Shown piece by piece: positions 12,002-24,600 of a stretch of 64,000 bases of DNA. A program made the position numbers and the translations under genes. Location: NCBI GenBank assembly GCA_039621445.1, contig CP154954.1, positions 35,759,703 through 35,823,702 of the forward strand, written 5' to 3'. Under the pieces are notes generated by a model that was not told the DNA's origin, did no database searches, and was given only the letters and a program-made list of their open reading frames with translations. The DNA is from Euglena gracilis (taxonomy: Eukaryota). How positions within the stretch are numbered: the first letter of the stretch is position 1; the number at the start of each line of letters is the position of its first letter.

Positions 12002-12509
12002 CCGCCTGGGCTGGTCCGCTCTCCCCGCCTGCCCCAGGTGCGCCGGTTCGACATCCCCTGTGGCCCCCCCGGTCCCTGTGGATGGCCCTGAAAAATGTGT
12101 CCGGAACCTGGTTTTTTTCTCCCTCCCCCTTCGTGTCACCTCCTCCAGCGTGCACCGGTCTGGGTGCCCTCACAGCAAAAAGGCTGCGATGGGCCACTTG
12201 GTCCCTCGGCACAACTCCTCCCCTCTGCCGAAAAATCGTGTCCCCTGAGGGAACGTGACTTGGCGCACTGCCAAGCCCTCACAGGCATCAATCAGGGAGG
12301 CAGCAAGGGAGGTCATCAACGTTCCCCAAACCAGTAAGGGCACGGATGAAACCGCCCCCAGCACGGAAAGGGATTCAGGTTTTTCGATTCGCCAGGTGAG
12401 GTGCGTCAGGGCCGCACCTTCCACCTCAGCCCCCACACCACAGCCAGCCCCAGCACCACTCCCAGCCCGTTCCTCAGGGTTTGGGAGGTCTCCCTCCCGG
12501 TGGATCTCC

Positions 12510-12915
12510 CAGGACTACCACGTCCGGGAGGAGTACGTGAGGGACGTACTCCGCCGCCTGGGGGTCCAGCCGGAGGGCGACGCTTTTTCTGCACAAAGAA
12601 AACCGCAGGTTTGTCGGCTGGTGGGGGCCAGGGAGCAGGGAGGGAAAAGATGCCTTCAAACAGGACTGGGGCAGGGAGGCTTTGTGGATCAACCCACCTT
12701 ACAAAAAAATCCAGGAGGTTCTCGAAAAAATCAGGAGGGATCAGGCCCATGCCATCCTGGTGATCCCCAGGTGGCCGGGGCGGCGCTGGTACAGGGAGGC
12801 GAGGGGCTTGACAGTGAGCCAAGTCACGTTCCCTCAGGGGACACGATTTTTCGGCAGAGGGGAGGAGTTGTGCCGGGGGACCAAGTGGCCCATCACAGCC
12901 TTTTTGCTGTGCAGG
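12510..12915 (+). pseudogene. Dam-like DNA N6-adenine (amino) methyltransferase domain of the type found in phages and DIRS1 elements
   Basis: DYHV..EYVRDVLRRLGVQPEGDAFS [frameshift in A-run near 12600] NRRFVGWW...DAFKQDWGREALWINPPYKKIQEVLEKIRRDQAHAILVIPRWPGRRWY; NPPY at 12691-12702. Confidence 0.85.
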
Positions 12916-13080
12916 CACCCAGACCGGTGCACGCTGGAGGAGGTGACACGAAGGGGGAGGGAGAAAAAAACCAGGTTCGGGACACATTTTTCAGGGCCAC
13001 CCCATGGGACCGGGGGGGCCACAGGGGAGGTCAAGCCGGCACACCTGGGGCAGGTGGGGAGAGCGGACCAGCCCAGGCGG

Positions 13081-13690
13081 ATGCTGGACCTGTTCTGCGG
13101 GACAGGTTCAGTAGGGGACGTCAACCGCAGCCTGGGTTACCAGGTCACGTCGGTGGACGTGGACCCCAGGTGGCGGCCAGACATTTGTGTTGACGTGCTG
13201 AAATGGAATTTTAAAAAAGAGTTCCAGCCTGGGGATTTTGAGGTGGTGGTGTGCGGGGTCCCCTGCACCGAATTCAGCCTGGCCCTGACCACAAGGGAAC
13301 GAGATTTTAAATTGGCTGATCGGCTGGTGCAGCGGGCCCTGGCCATCATCAGATACCTCCGCCCACGGCGGTGGTGGCTGGAAAACCCCTGGTACGGGTA
13401 CCTGCGGACCCGCAGGTACATGGCAGGGATCCCACACGTGGACGTGGATTACTGCCAGTACGCTGACTGGGGCTACCAGAAGCCCACCAGGATATGTGGC
13501 AGCCCCCATGTCCTGGGTCTCCGGCCACGGGTGTGTGACGGCCGGACCTGCACCAACCTGGAAAGCCCAGTACCGGAGGGGGGACGAAAGGGTTGGCACA
13601 AAATTCGGCTCAGCAGCAAACACCAAAACCTGCCCAGGCACCAGAAATATCGGATCCCAGAGGCACTCATCCGGGACCTGGCCACAGCAC
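13081..13690 (+). CDS. C5-cytosine DNA methyltransferase domain within the polyprotein ORF 12682-14496
   Basis: Motif I LDLFCGTGS, motif II SVDVD, motif III DICVDV, motif IV CGVPCTEFS, motif VI WWLENP, motif VIII YQKPTRI, possible motif X KYRIPEALIRDL; in frame with the upstream NPPY domain and downstream protease. Confidence 0.9.
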
Positions 13691-13779
13691 CGGCACCGGA
13701 GGCCCACGCTGCCGACCCCCAGACAGAGCGAGGGGTGCCCTCGGTCTTGCTCCGTGAGGTGGGGCAGGGTGCCAGTGAA

Positions 13780-15697
13780 CGGCAGCTGCTGATGCGGGTG
13801 CAGGCCAGGGGGCCAGACGGACAGACCCACTTCATCAACGCCCTCATTGACACAGGGGCAGAGGTGAACCTGGTCCGAAGAGGCATGCTACCCAGCACAT
13901 ACCTCCTGCCTGCCCCCAAGCCCCTGTCCCTGGTGACGGCTAGTGGAGCCAAGATGGAAGGGGGGGAACGTGAGGCAACCCTGGGCCTGGTCCTCCGGCG
14001 GGAAGGTGGCCTGGGTCAGGGGGACGGGGCCCTGTGGACGGCCCCAGCCTCCTTCTATGAGGCAGACATCCACGTGGAGACCATCATCGGCTTTCCGTGG
14101 CTGGAGGAAAACCAGCTCGGGGTGTTTCCACATCTCCGAGCCTTGGCATTGAGGGGAGAGCCGGTGGTCCAGGTGAGCCAGGTGGTCCTCCTTCGGGGAC
14201 ATGATGTGGAGGGTGAGCAAGTTCAGCCAGCAGCCCACAAAAAGGCACAAAAGCGAGTGAGATACCTGAAAATGGTGGAAAAAGTCAGAGCACTGCGGCT
14301 TGCTTTGCCAGAGGCAGCCCTGGGGGAGGACACCGAGGAGCCTGAGTGGGAGGAAAACCCCCTGCACGAGGATGAGGCGACCCAGGAGACAGTGGCCAAA
14401 GGAACTCCTGCGGGCAGCCCGGGAGGTCGAAGCACGGGCAGCCCAAGGGGTCATCCTTGTTCCCGAAGGGGAACAGGTGACCAGCCAGCGGGCTGAGGAG
14501 CTCCGGGCAGCCCTCCGGAGGGACTTCGAGGGGGAGGTTCTCCGAGACAGGATTTGGGGGGAAGGAATCGTTCGGGGGCCCCTGGGGGAAGGGAAAATCG
14601 AATTAAAACCGGGATCCGTGGCGAAAAAACAGAGGCCCATCCACCTGACGGGGGAGAGGCACAGGGCACTGTGTGACCTGGTGGACGAGTGGGTTCGGGA
14701 CAAGAAGGTGGAGGAGGGGGTGCCAAGTGCCTGGAGCAGCCCCACATTTGTGGTGGCCAAGAAACAGGGGAAGTGGCGTGGGGTTGTGGACTTCCGGGCA
14801 TTAAACGAGGCCACAGTGACGGATGCTTACCCCCTCCCCAGGATCGAGGACATCCTGGTGAATCAGAGACGGAGGTACCTGTTCTCCGTCCTTGATCTCA
14901 AGGATGCCTTCCATCAGGTGCCCCAACACGAAGACTCACGCCCATACACCTGCTGCAGCACCCCCCGGGGGTCCAAGCAGTGGTGTGTGGTCGTGATGGG
15001 CCTGAAAAATGGAGTGGCCATTTTTCAGCGGGTGATCGACTACTCGCTGAGGGATGTGGCTGATGTCGCCAACCCATACGTTGACGACATCATCGTGGGG
15101 ACCGAGTGGTGTGGCACGGAGGAAGCTACCCTGGAGGCACACGACCAGGACATAAGGCGAGTGTTGGGGGCACTGCGGGAACACCGCCTGGTCGTGGACA
15201 AAAACAAGTGCCGCTTCTTCGTAAGAGAAGTGGAGTTCTGTGGCCACATCCTGGGGGGAGGAAAACGGAGGCCAGCCCCGGGCAAACTCATGGCGCTGGA
15301 GAAGTGGGAGGAGCCCCTCACGATCACAGCCCTCAGGGGCTTTCTGGGCTTCACCAACTACTACTCCAGCTACGTGAAGGAGTATGCCCGGTATGCAGCC
15401 CCCCTGATGGAACTCACGTGTGGAAGGGAAAAAAGGCAGCAAAAAACCTGTGAAATTCGGCCAAGTGGAACGGAGGCCTTCACCGCCCTGAAGCAGGAGC
15501 TCCTTCGGGGATTGGAGCTCCACACCATCAACCCGGACCAGCCATTCATTCTCCGGGTTGATGCGAGCGACAAGGCGGTGGGGGCAGCCCTTGAACAGTT
15601 TTTGGAGCCAACGGAGGGGATGCCCACAGCCGTGGAGGCCACCACACGGAAAACCGTGCCTGTGGCTTTCTGCTCCCGAAAACTCACAGCTGGGCAG
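13780..15697 (+). pseudogene. pol: Pol: aspartic protease, RT and truncated RNase H
   Basis: ALIDTGAEVN...IIGFPWL; +1 frameshift near 14400; KWRGVVDFRALN, LDLKDAFHQ, YVDD, FCGHIL, LRGFLGFTNYY, LRVDASDKAVGAAL, VPVAFCSRKL, then satellite. Confidence 0.93.
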
Positions 15698-18600
15698 GGG
15701 ACCCGTTGGTTTCATGATTGTCGTGGTTTAATGGTAAGAAAAACATGCAGCGGGGATGTTGGTTGCAAGAAATGAGCAGATTTAGATGGGTGCATTCGAC
15801 CATTCCGGGGGACATGTACCAGGCCAGCCCAGGTTACCATGTAAAAATGGACCAAATTGGGCCTTACTCCGAGTAACCGAATGGGTGTTCCAGCAGGCCT
15901 CCAAAGTCAGGGGACCCGTTGGTTTCATGATTGTCGTGGTTTAATGGTAAGAAAAACATGCAGCCGGAAGGTTGGTTGCAAGAAATGAGCAGATTTAGAT
16001 GGGTGCATTCGACCATTCCGGGGGACATTTACCAGGTCAGCCCAGGTTACCATGTAAAAATGGACCAAATTGGGCCTTACTCCGAGTAACCGAATGGGTG
16101 TTCCAGGAGGCCTCCAAAGTCAGGGGACCCGTTGGTTTCATGATTGTCGTGGTTTAATGGTAAGAAAAACATGCAGCCGGAAGGTTGGTTGCAAGAAATG
16201 AGCAGATTTAGATGGGTGCATTCGACCATTCCGGGGGACATTTACCAGGTCAGCCCAGGTTACCATGTAAAAATGGACCAAATTGGGCCTTACTCCGAGT
16301 AACCGAATGGGTGTTCCAGGAGGCCTCCAAAGTCAGGGGACCCGTTGGTTTCATGATTGTCGTGGTTTAATGGTAAGAAAAACATGCAGCCGGAAGGTTG
16401 GTTGCAAGAAATGAGCATTATGGGTGCATTCGACCATTCCGGGGGACATTTACCAGGTCAGCCCAGGTTACCATGTAAAAATGGACCAAATTGGGCCTTA
16501 CTCCGAGTAACCGAATGGGTGTTCCAGGAGGCCTCCAAAGTCAGGGGACCCGTTGGTTTCATGATTGTCGTGGTTTAATGGTAAGAAAAACATGCAGCCG
16601 GAAGGTTGGTTGCAAGAAATGAGCAGATTTAGATGGGTGCATTCGACCATTCCGGGGGACATTTACCAGGTCAGCCCAGGTTACCATGTAAAAATGGACC
16701 AAATTGGGCCTTACTCCGAGTAACCGAATGGGTGTTCCAGGAGGCCTCCAAAGTCAGGGGACCCGTTGGTTTCATGATTGTCGTGGTTTAATGGTAAGAA
16801 AAACATGCAGCCGGAAGGTTGGTTGCAAGAAATGAGCATATTTAGATGGGTGCATTCGACCATTCCGGGGGACATTTACCAGGTCAGCCCAGGTTACCAT
16901 GTAAAAATGGACCAAATTGGGCCTTACTCCGAGTAACCGAATGGGTGTTCCAGGAGGCCTCCAAAGTCAGGGGACCCGTTGGTTTCATGATTGTCGTGGT
17001 TTAATGGTAAGAAAAACATGCAGCCGGAAGGTTGGTTGCAAGAAATGAGCAGATTTAGATGGGTGCATTCGACCATTTCGGGGGACATTTACCAGGTCAG
17101 CCCAGGTTACCATGTAAAAATGGACCAAATTGGGCCTTACTCCGAGTAACCGAATGGGTGTTCCAGGAGGCCTCCAAAGTCAGGGGACCCGTTGGTTTCA
17201 TGATTGTCGTGGTTTAATGGTAAGAAAAACATGCAGCCGGAAGGTTGGTTGCAAGAAATGAGCATATTTAGATGGGTGCATTCGACCATTCCGGGGGACA
17301 TTTACCAGGTCAGCCCAGGTTACCATGTAAAAATGGACCAAATTGGGCCTTACTCCGAGTAACCGAATGGGTGTTCCAGGAGGCCTCCAAAGTCAGGGGA
17401 CCCGTTGGTTTCATGATTGTCGTGGTTTAATGGTAAGAAAAACATGCAGCCGGAAGGTTGGTTGCAAGAAATGAGCAGATTTAGATGGGTGCATTCGACC
17501 ATTCCGGGGGACATTTACCAGGTCAGCCCAGGTTACCATGTAAAAATGGACCAAATTGGGCCTTACTCCGAGTAACCGAATGGGTGTTCCAGGAGGCCTC
17601 CAAAGTCAGGGGACCCGTTGGTTTCATGATTGTCGTGGTTTAATGGTAAGAAAAACATGCAGCCGGAAGGTTGGTTGCAAGAAATGAGCAGATTTAGATG
17701 GGTGCATTCGACCATTCCGGGGGACATTTACCAGGTCAGCCCAGGTTACCATGTAAAAATGGACCAAATTGGGCCTTACTCCGAGTAACCGAATGGGTGT
17801 TCCAGGAGGCCTCCAAAGTCGGGGGACTCGTTGGTTTCATGATTGTCGTGGTTTAATGGTAAGAAAAACATGCAGCCGGAAGGTTGGTTGCAAGAAATGA
17901 GCACATTTAGATGGGTGCATTCGACCATTCCGGGGGACATTTACCAGGTCAGCCCAGGTTACCATGTAAAAATGGACCAAATTGGGCCTTACTCCGAGTA
18001 ACCGAATGGGTGTTCCAGGAGGCCTCCAAAGTCAGGGGACCCGTTGGTTTCATGATTGTCGTGGTTTAATGGTAAGAAAAACATGCAACCGGAAGGTTGG
18101 TTGCAAGAAATGAGCATATTTAGATGGGTGCATTCGACCATTCCGGGGGACATTTACCAGGTCAGCCCAGGTTACCATGTAAAAATGGACCAAATTGGGC
18201 CTTACTCCGAGTAACCGAATGGGTGTTCCAGGAGGCCTCCAAAGTCAGGGGACCCGTTGGTTTCATGATTGTCGTGGTTTAATGGTAAGAAAAACATGCA
18301 GCCGGAAGGTTGGTTGCAAGAAATGAGCAGATTTAGATGGGTGCATTCGACCATTCCGGGGGACATTTACCAGGTCAGCCCAGGTTACCATGTAAAAATG
18401 GACCAAATTGGGCCTTACTCCGAGTAACCGAATGGGTGTTCCAGGAGGCCTCCAAAGTCAGGGGACTCGTTGGTTCATTGATTGTCGTGGTTTAATGGTA
18501 AGAAAAACATGCAGCCGGAAGGTTGGTTGCAAGAAATGAGCAGATTTAGATGGGTGCATTCGACCATTCCGGGGGACATTTACCAGGTCAGCCCAGGTTA

Positions 18601-21600
18601 CCATGTAAAAATGGACCAAATTGGGCCTTACTCCGAGTAACCGAATGGGTGTTCCAGGAGGCCTCCAAAGTCAGGGGACCCGTTGGTTTCATGATTGTCG
18701 TGGTTTAATGGTAAGAAAAACATGCAGCCGGAAGGTTGGTTGCAAGAAATGAGCAGATTTAGATGGGTGCATTCGACCATTCCGGGGGACATTTACCAGG
18801 TCAGCCCAGGTTACCATGTAAAAATGGACCAAATTGGGCCTTACTCCGAGTAACCGAATGGGTGTTCCAGGAGGCCTCCAAAGTCAGGGGACCCGTTGGT
18901 TTCATGATTGTCGTGGTTTAATGGTAAGAAAAACATGCAGCCGGAAGGTTGGTTGCAAGAAATGAGCAGATTTAGATGGGTGCATTCGACCATTCCGGGG
19001 GACATTTACCAGGTCAGCCCAGGTTACCATGTAAAAATGGACCAAATTGGGCCTTACTCCGAGTAACCGAATGGGTGTTCCAGGAGGCCTCCAAAGTCAG
19101 GGGACCGTTGGTTTCATGATTGTCGTGGTTTAATGGTAAGAAAAACATGCAGCCGGAAGGTTGGTTGCAAGAAATGAGCACTTTTAGATGGGTGCATTCG
19201 ACCATTCCGGGGGACATTTACCAGGTCAGCCCAGGTTACCATGTAAAAATGGACCAAATTGGGCCTTACTCCGAGTAACCGAATGGGTGTTCCAGGAGGC
19301 CTCCAAAGTCAGGGGACCCGTTGGTTTCATGATTGTCGTGGTTTAATGGTAAGAAAAACATGATCCGGAAGGTTGGTTGCAAGAAACGAGCAGATTTAGA
19401 TGGGTGCATTCGACCATTCCGGGGGACATTTACCAGGTCAGCCCAGGTTACCATGTAAAAATGGACCAAATTGGGCCTTACTCCGAGTAACCGAATGGGT
19501 GTTCCAGGAGGCCTCCAAAGTCAGGGGACCCGTTGGTTTCATGATTGTCGTGGTTTAATGGTAAGAAAAACATGCAGCCGGAAGGTTGGTTGCAAGAAAT
19601 GAGCAGATTTAGATGGGTGCATTCGACCATTCCGGGGGACATTTACCAGGTCATCCCAGGTTACCATGTAAAAATGGACCAAATTGGGCCTTACTCCGAG
19701 TAACCGAATGGGTGTTCCAGGAGGCCTCCAAAGTCAGGGGACCCGTTGGTTTCATGATTGTCGTGGTTTAATGGTAAGAAAAACATGCATCCGGAAGGTT
19801 GGTTGCAAGAAATGAGCAGATTTAGATGGGTGCATTCGACCATTCCAGGGGACATTTACCAGGTCATCCCAGGTTACCATGTAAAAATGGACCAAATTGG
19901 GCCTTACTCCGAGTAGATTTAGATGGGTACATTCGACCATTCCGGGGGACATTTACCAGGTCAGCCCAGGTTACCATGTAAAAATGGACCAAATTGGGCC
20001 TTACTCCGAGTAACCGAATGGGTGTTCCAGGAGGCCTCCAAAGTCAGGGGACCCGTTGGTTTCATGATTGTCGTGGTTTCATGGTAAGAAAAACATGCAG
20101 CCGGAAGGTTGGTTGCAAGAAATGAGCACATTTAGATGGGTGCATTCGACCATTCCGGGGGACATTTACCAGGTCAGCCCAGGTTACCATGTAAAAATGG
20201 ACCAAATTGGGCCTTACTCCGAGTAACCGAATGGGTGTTCCAGGAGGCCTCCAAAGTCAGGGGACCCGTTGGTTTCATGATTGTCGTGGTTTAATGGTAA
20301 GAAAAACATGCAGCCGGAAGGTTGGTTGCAAGAAATGAGCAGATTTAGATGGGTGCATTCGACCATTCCGGGGGACATTTACCAGGTCAGCCCAGGTTAC
20401 CATGTAAAAATGGACCAAATTGGGCCTTACTCCGAGTAACCGAATGGGTGTTCCAGGAGGCCTCCAAAGTCAGGGGACCCGTTGGTTTCATGATTGTCGT
20501 GGTTTAATGGTAAGAAAAACATGCAGCCGGTAGGTTGGTTGCAAGAAATGAGCACATTTAGATGGGTGCATTCGACCATTCCGGGGGACATTTACCAGGT
20601 CAGCCCAGGTTACCATATAAAAATGGACCAAATTGGGCCTTACTCCGAGTAACCGAATGGGTGTTCCAGGAGGCCTCCAAAGTCAGGGGACCCGTTGGTT
20701 TCATGATTGTCGTGGTTTAATGGTAAGAAAAACATGCAGCGGGAATGCTGGTTGCAAGAAATGAGCACATTTAGATGGGTGCATTCGACCATTCCGGGGG
20801 ACATTTACCAGGTCAGCCCAGGTTACCATGTAAAAATGGACCAAATTGGGCCTTACTCCCAGTAACCGAATGGGTGTTCCAGGAGGCCTCCAAAGTCAGG
20901 GGACCCGTTGGTTTCATGATTGTCGTGGTTTAATGGTAAGCAAAACATGCAGCCGGTAGGTTCGTTGCAAGAAATGAGCAGATTTAGATGGGTGCATTCG
21001 ACCATTCCGGGGGACATTTACCAGGTCAGCCCAGGTTACCATATAAAAATGGACCAAATTGGGCCTTACTCCGAGTAACCGAATGGGTGTTCCAGGAGGC
21101 CTCCAAAGTCAGGGGACCCGTTGGTTTCATGATTTTCGTGGTTTAATGGTAAGAAAAACATGCAGCCGGTAGGTTGGTTGCAAGAAATGAGCAGATTTAG
21201 ATGGGTGCATTCGACCATTCCGGGGACATTTACCAGGTCAGCCCAGGTTACCATATAAAAATGGACCAAATTGGGCCTTACTCCGAGTAACCGAATGGGT
21301 GTTCCAGGAGGCCTCCAAAGTCAGGGGACCCGTTGGTTTCATGATTTTCGTGGTTTAATGGTAAGAAAAACATGCAGCCGGAAGGTTGGTTGCAAGAAAT
21401 GAGCACATTTAGATGGGTGCATTCGACCATTCCGGGGGACATTTACCAGGTCAGCCCAGGTTACCATGTAAAAATGGACCAAATTGGGCCTTACTCCCAG
21501 TAACCGAATGGGTGTTCCAGGAGGCCTCCAAAGTCAGGGGACCCGTTCGGTTTCATGATTGTCGTGGTTTAATGGTAAGAAAAACATGCAGCCGGTAGGT

Positions 21601-24600
21601 TGGTTGCAAGAAATGAGCAGATTTAGATGGGTGCATTCGACCATTCCGGGGGACATTTACCAGGTCAGCCCAGGTTACCATATAAAAATGGACCAAATTG
21701 GGCCTTACTCCGAGTAACCGAATGGGTGTTCCAGGAGGCCTCCAAAGTCAGGGGACCCGTTGGTTTCATGATTGTCGTGGTTTAATGGTAAGAAAAACAT
21801 GCAGCGGGAATGTTGGTTGCAAGAAATGAGCACATTTAGATGGGTGCATTCGACCATTCCGGGGGACATTTACCAGGTCAGCCCAGGTTACCATATAAAA
21901 ATGGACCAAATTGGGCCTTACTCCGAGTAACCGAATGGGTGTTCCAGGAGGCCTCCAAAGTCAGGGGACCCGTTGGTTTCATGATTGTCGTGGTTTAATG
22001 GTAAGAAAAACATGCAGCCGGAAGGTTGGTTGCAAGAAATGAGCACATTTAGATGGGTGCATTCGACCATTCCGGGGGACATTTACCAGGTCAGCCCAGG
22101 TTACCATGTAAAAATGGACCAAATTGGGCCTTACTCCGAGTAACCGAATGGGTGTTCCAGGAGGCCTCCAAAGTCAGGGGACCCGTTGGTTTCATGATTG
22201 TCGTGGTTTAATGGTAAGAAAAACATGCACCCGGTAGGTTGGTTGCAAGAAATGAGCACATTTAGATGGGTGCATTCGACCATTCCGGGGGACATTTACC
22301 AGGTCAGCCCAGGTTACCATGTAAAAATGGACCAAATTGGGCCTTACTCCGAGTAACCGAATGGGTGTTCCAGGAGGCCTCCAAAGTCAGGGGACCCGTT
22401 GGTTTCATGATTGTCGTGGTTTAATGGTAAGAAAAACATGCAGCCGGAAGGTTGGTTGCAAGAAATGAGCACATTTAGATGGGTGCATTCGACCATTCCG
22501 GGGGACATTTACCAGGTCAGCCCAGGTTACCATATAAAAATGGACCAAATTGGGCCTTACTCCGAGTAACCGAATGGGTGTTCCAGGAGGCCTCCAAAGT
22601 CAGGGGACCCGTTGGTTTCATGATTGTCGTGGTTTAATGGTAAGAAAAAAATGCAGCGGGAATGTTGGTTGCAAGAAATGAGCACATTTAGATGGGTGCA
22701 TTCGACCATTCCGGGGGACATTTACCAGGTCAGCCCAGGTTACCATGTAAAAATGGACCAAATTGGGCCTTACTCCGAGTAACCGAATGGGTGTTCCAGG
22801 AGGCCTCCAAAGTCAGGGGACCCGTTGGTTTCATGATTGTCGTGGTTTAATGGTAAGAAAAACATGCAGCCGGAAGGTTGGTTGCAAGAAATGAGCACAT
22901 TTAGATGGGTGCATTCGACCATTCCGGGGGACATTTACCAGGTCAGCCCAGGTTACCATGTAAAAATGGACCAAATTGGGCCTTACTCCGAGTAACCGAA
23001 TGGGTGTTCCAGGAGGCCTCCAAAGTCAGGGGACCCGTTGGTTTCATGATTGTCGTGGTTTAATGGTAAGAAAAAAAATGCAGCGGGAATGTTGGTTGCA
23101 AGAAATGAGCACATTTAGATGGGTGCATTCGACCATTCCGGGGGACATTTACCAGGTCAGCCCAGGTTACCATGTAAAAATGGACCAAATTGGGCCTTAC
23201 TCCGAGTAACCGAATGGGTGTTCCAGGAGGCCTCCAAAGTCAGGGGACCCGTTGGTTTCATGATTGTCGTGGTTTAATGGTAAGAAAAACATGCAGCCGG
23301 AAGGTTGGTTGCAAGAAATGAGCAGATTTAGATGGGTGCATTCGACCATTCCGGGGGACATTTACCAGGTCAGCCCAGGTTACCATATAAAAATGGACCA
23401 AATTGGGCCTTACTCCGAGTAACCGAATGGGTGTTCCAGGAGGCCTCCAAAGTCAGGGGACCCGTTGGTTTCATGATTGTCGTGGTTTAATGGTAAGAAA
23501 AACATGCAGCCGGAAGGTTGGTTGCAAGAAATGAGCACATTTAGATGGGTGCATTCGACCATTCCGGGGGACATTTACCAGGTCAGCCCAGGTTACCATA
23601 TAAAAATGGACCAAATTGGGCCTTACTCCGAGTAACCGAATGGGTGTTCCAGGAGGCCTCCAAAGTCAGGGGACCCGTTGGTTTCATGATTGTCGTGGTT
23701 TAATGGTAAGAAAAAACATGCAGCCGGAAGGTTGGTTGCAAGAAATGAGCACATTTAGATGGGTGCATTCGACCATTCCGGGGGACATTTACCAGGTCAG
23801 CCCAGGTTACCATGTAAAAATGGACCAAATTGGGCCTTACTCCGAGTAACCGAATGGGTGTTCCAGGAGGCCTCCAAAGTCAGGGGACCCGTTGGTTTCA
23901 TGATTGTCGTGGTTTAATGGTAAGAAAAAAATGCAGCCGGAAGGTTGGTTGCAAGAAATGAGCACATTTAGATGGGTGCATTCGACCATTCCGGGGGACA
24001 TTTACCAGGTCAGCCCAGGTTACCATGTAAAAATGGACCAAATTGGGCCTTACTCCGAGTAACCGAATGGGTGTTCCAGGAGGCCTCCAAAGTCAGGGGA
24101 CCCGTTGGTTTCATGATTGTCGTGGTTTAATGGTAAGAAAAAAATGCAGCCGGAAGGTTGGTTGCAAGAAATGAGCACATTTAGATGGGTGCATTCGACC
24201 ATTCCGGGGGACATTTACCAGGTCAGCCCAGGTTACCATGTAAAAATGGACCAAATTGGGCCTTACTCCGAGTAACCGAATGGGTGTTCCAGGAGGCCTC
24301 CAAAGTCAGGGGACCCGTTGGTTTCATGATTGTCGTGGTTTAATGGTAAGAAAAAAATGCAGCGGGAATGTTGGTTGCAAGAAATGAGCACATTTAGATG
24401 GGTGCATTCGACCATTCCGGGGGACATTTACCAGGTCAGCCCAGGTTACCATGTAAAAATGGACCAAATTGGGCCTTACTCCGAGTAACCGAATGGGTGT
24501 TCCAGGAGGCCTCCAAAGTCAGGGGACCCGTTGGTTTCATGATTGTCGTGGTTTAATGGTAAGAAAAACATGCAGCCGGAAGGTTGGTTGCAAGAAATGA

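Larger units (their letters stand above)
4293..12280 (-). mobile_element. Ty3/Gypsy chromovirus-type LTR retrotransposon, family 1, 5'-truncated copy (C5-MTase, PR, RT, RH, IN, chromodomain, ORF3, PPT, LTR)
   Basis: Domain order PR-RT-RH-IN-CHD on the minus strand is that of Ty3/Gypsy; followed by a purine tract and a TG...CA-bounded segment that abuts the satellite. Confidence 0.92.
12281..15697 (+). mobile_element. Family 1 Gypsy element, second copy (Dam-like MTase, C5-MTase, PR, RT, partial RH), cut at both ends
   Basis: 12800-15697 is the near-identical reverse complement of about 9485-12280; it runs into the satellite at a CAGG microhomology within RNase H. Confidence 0.93.

Noticed and set aside
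12510-13690. Bacterial or phage restriction-modification locus or contamination
   Set aside because: The MTases are in frame with a retroviral-type protease, present in both element copies, and have no nuclease partner or operon context.
12281-15697. DIRS element, suggested by the Dam-like domain
   Set aside because: The family has a protease, DDE integrase, PPT and TG...CA end, and no tyrosine recombinase is visible.
15695-15910. Satellite monomer as a tandem 5S rRNA, spliced-leader or tRNA gene
   Set aside because: No recognisable 5S, SL or cloverleaf sequence; only a weak B-box-like ggtcgaatgc on the minus strand.
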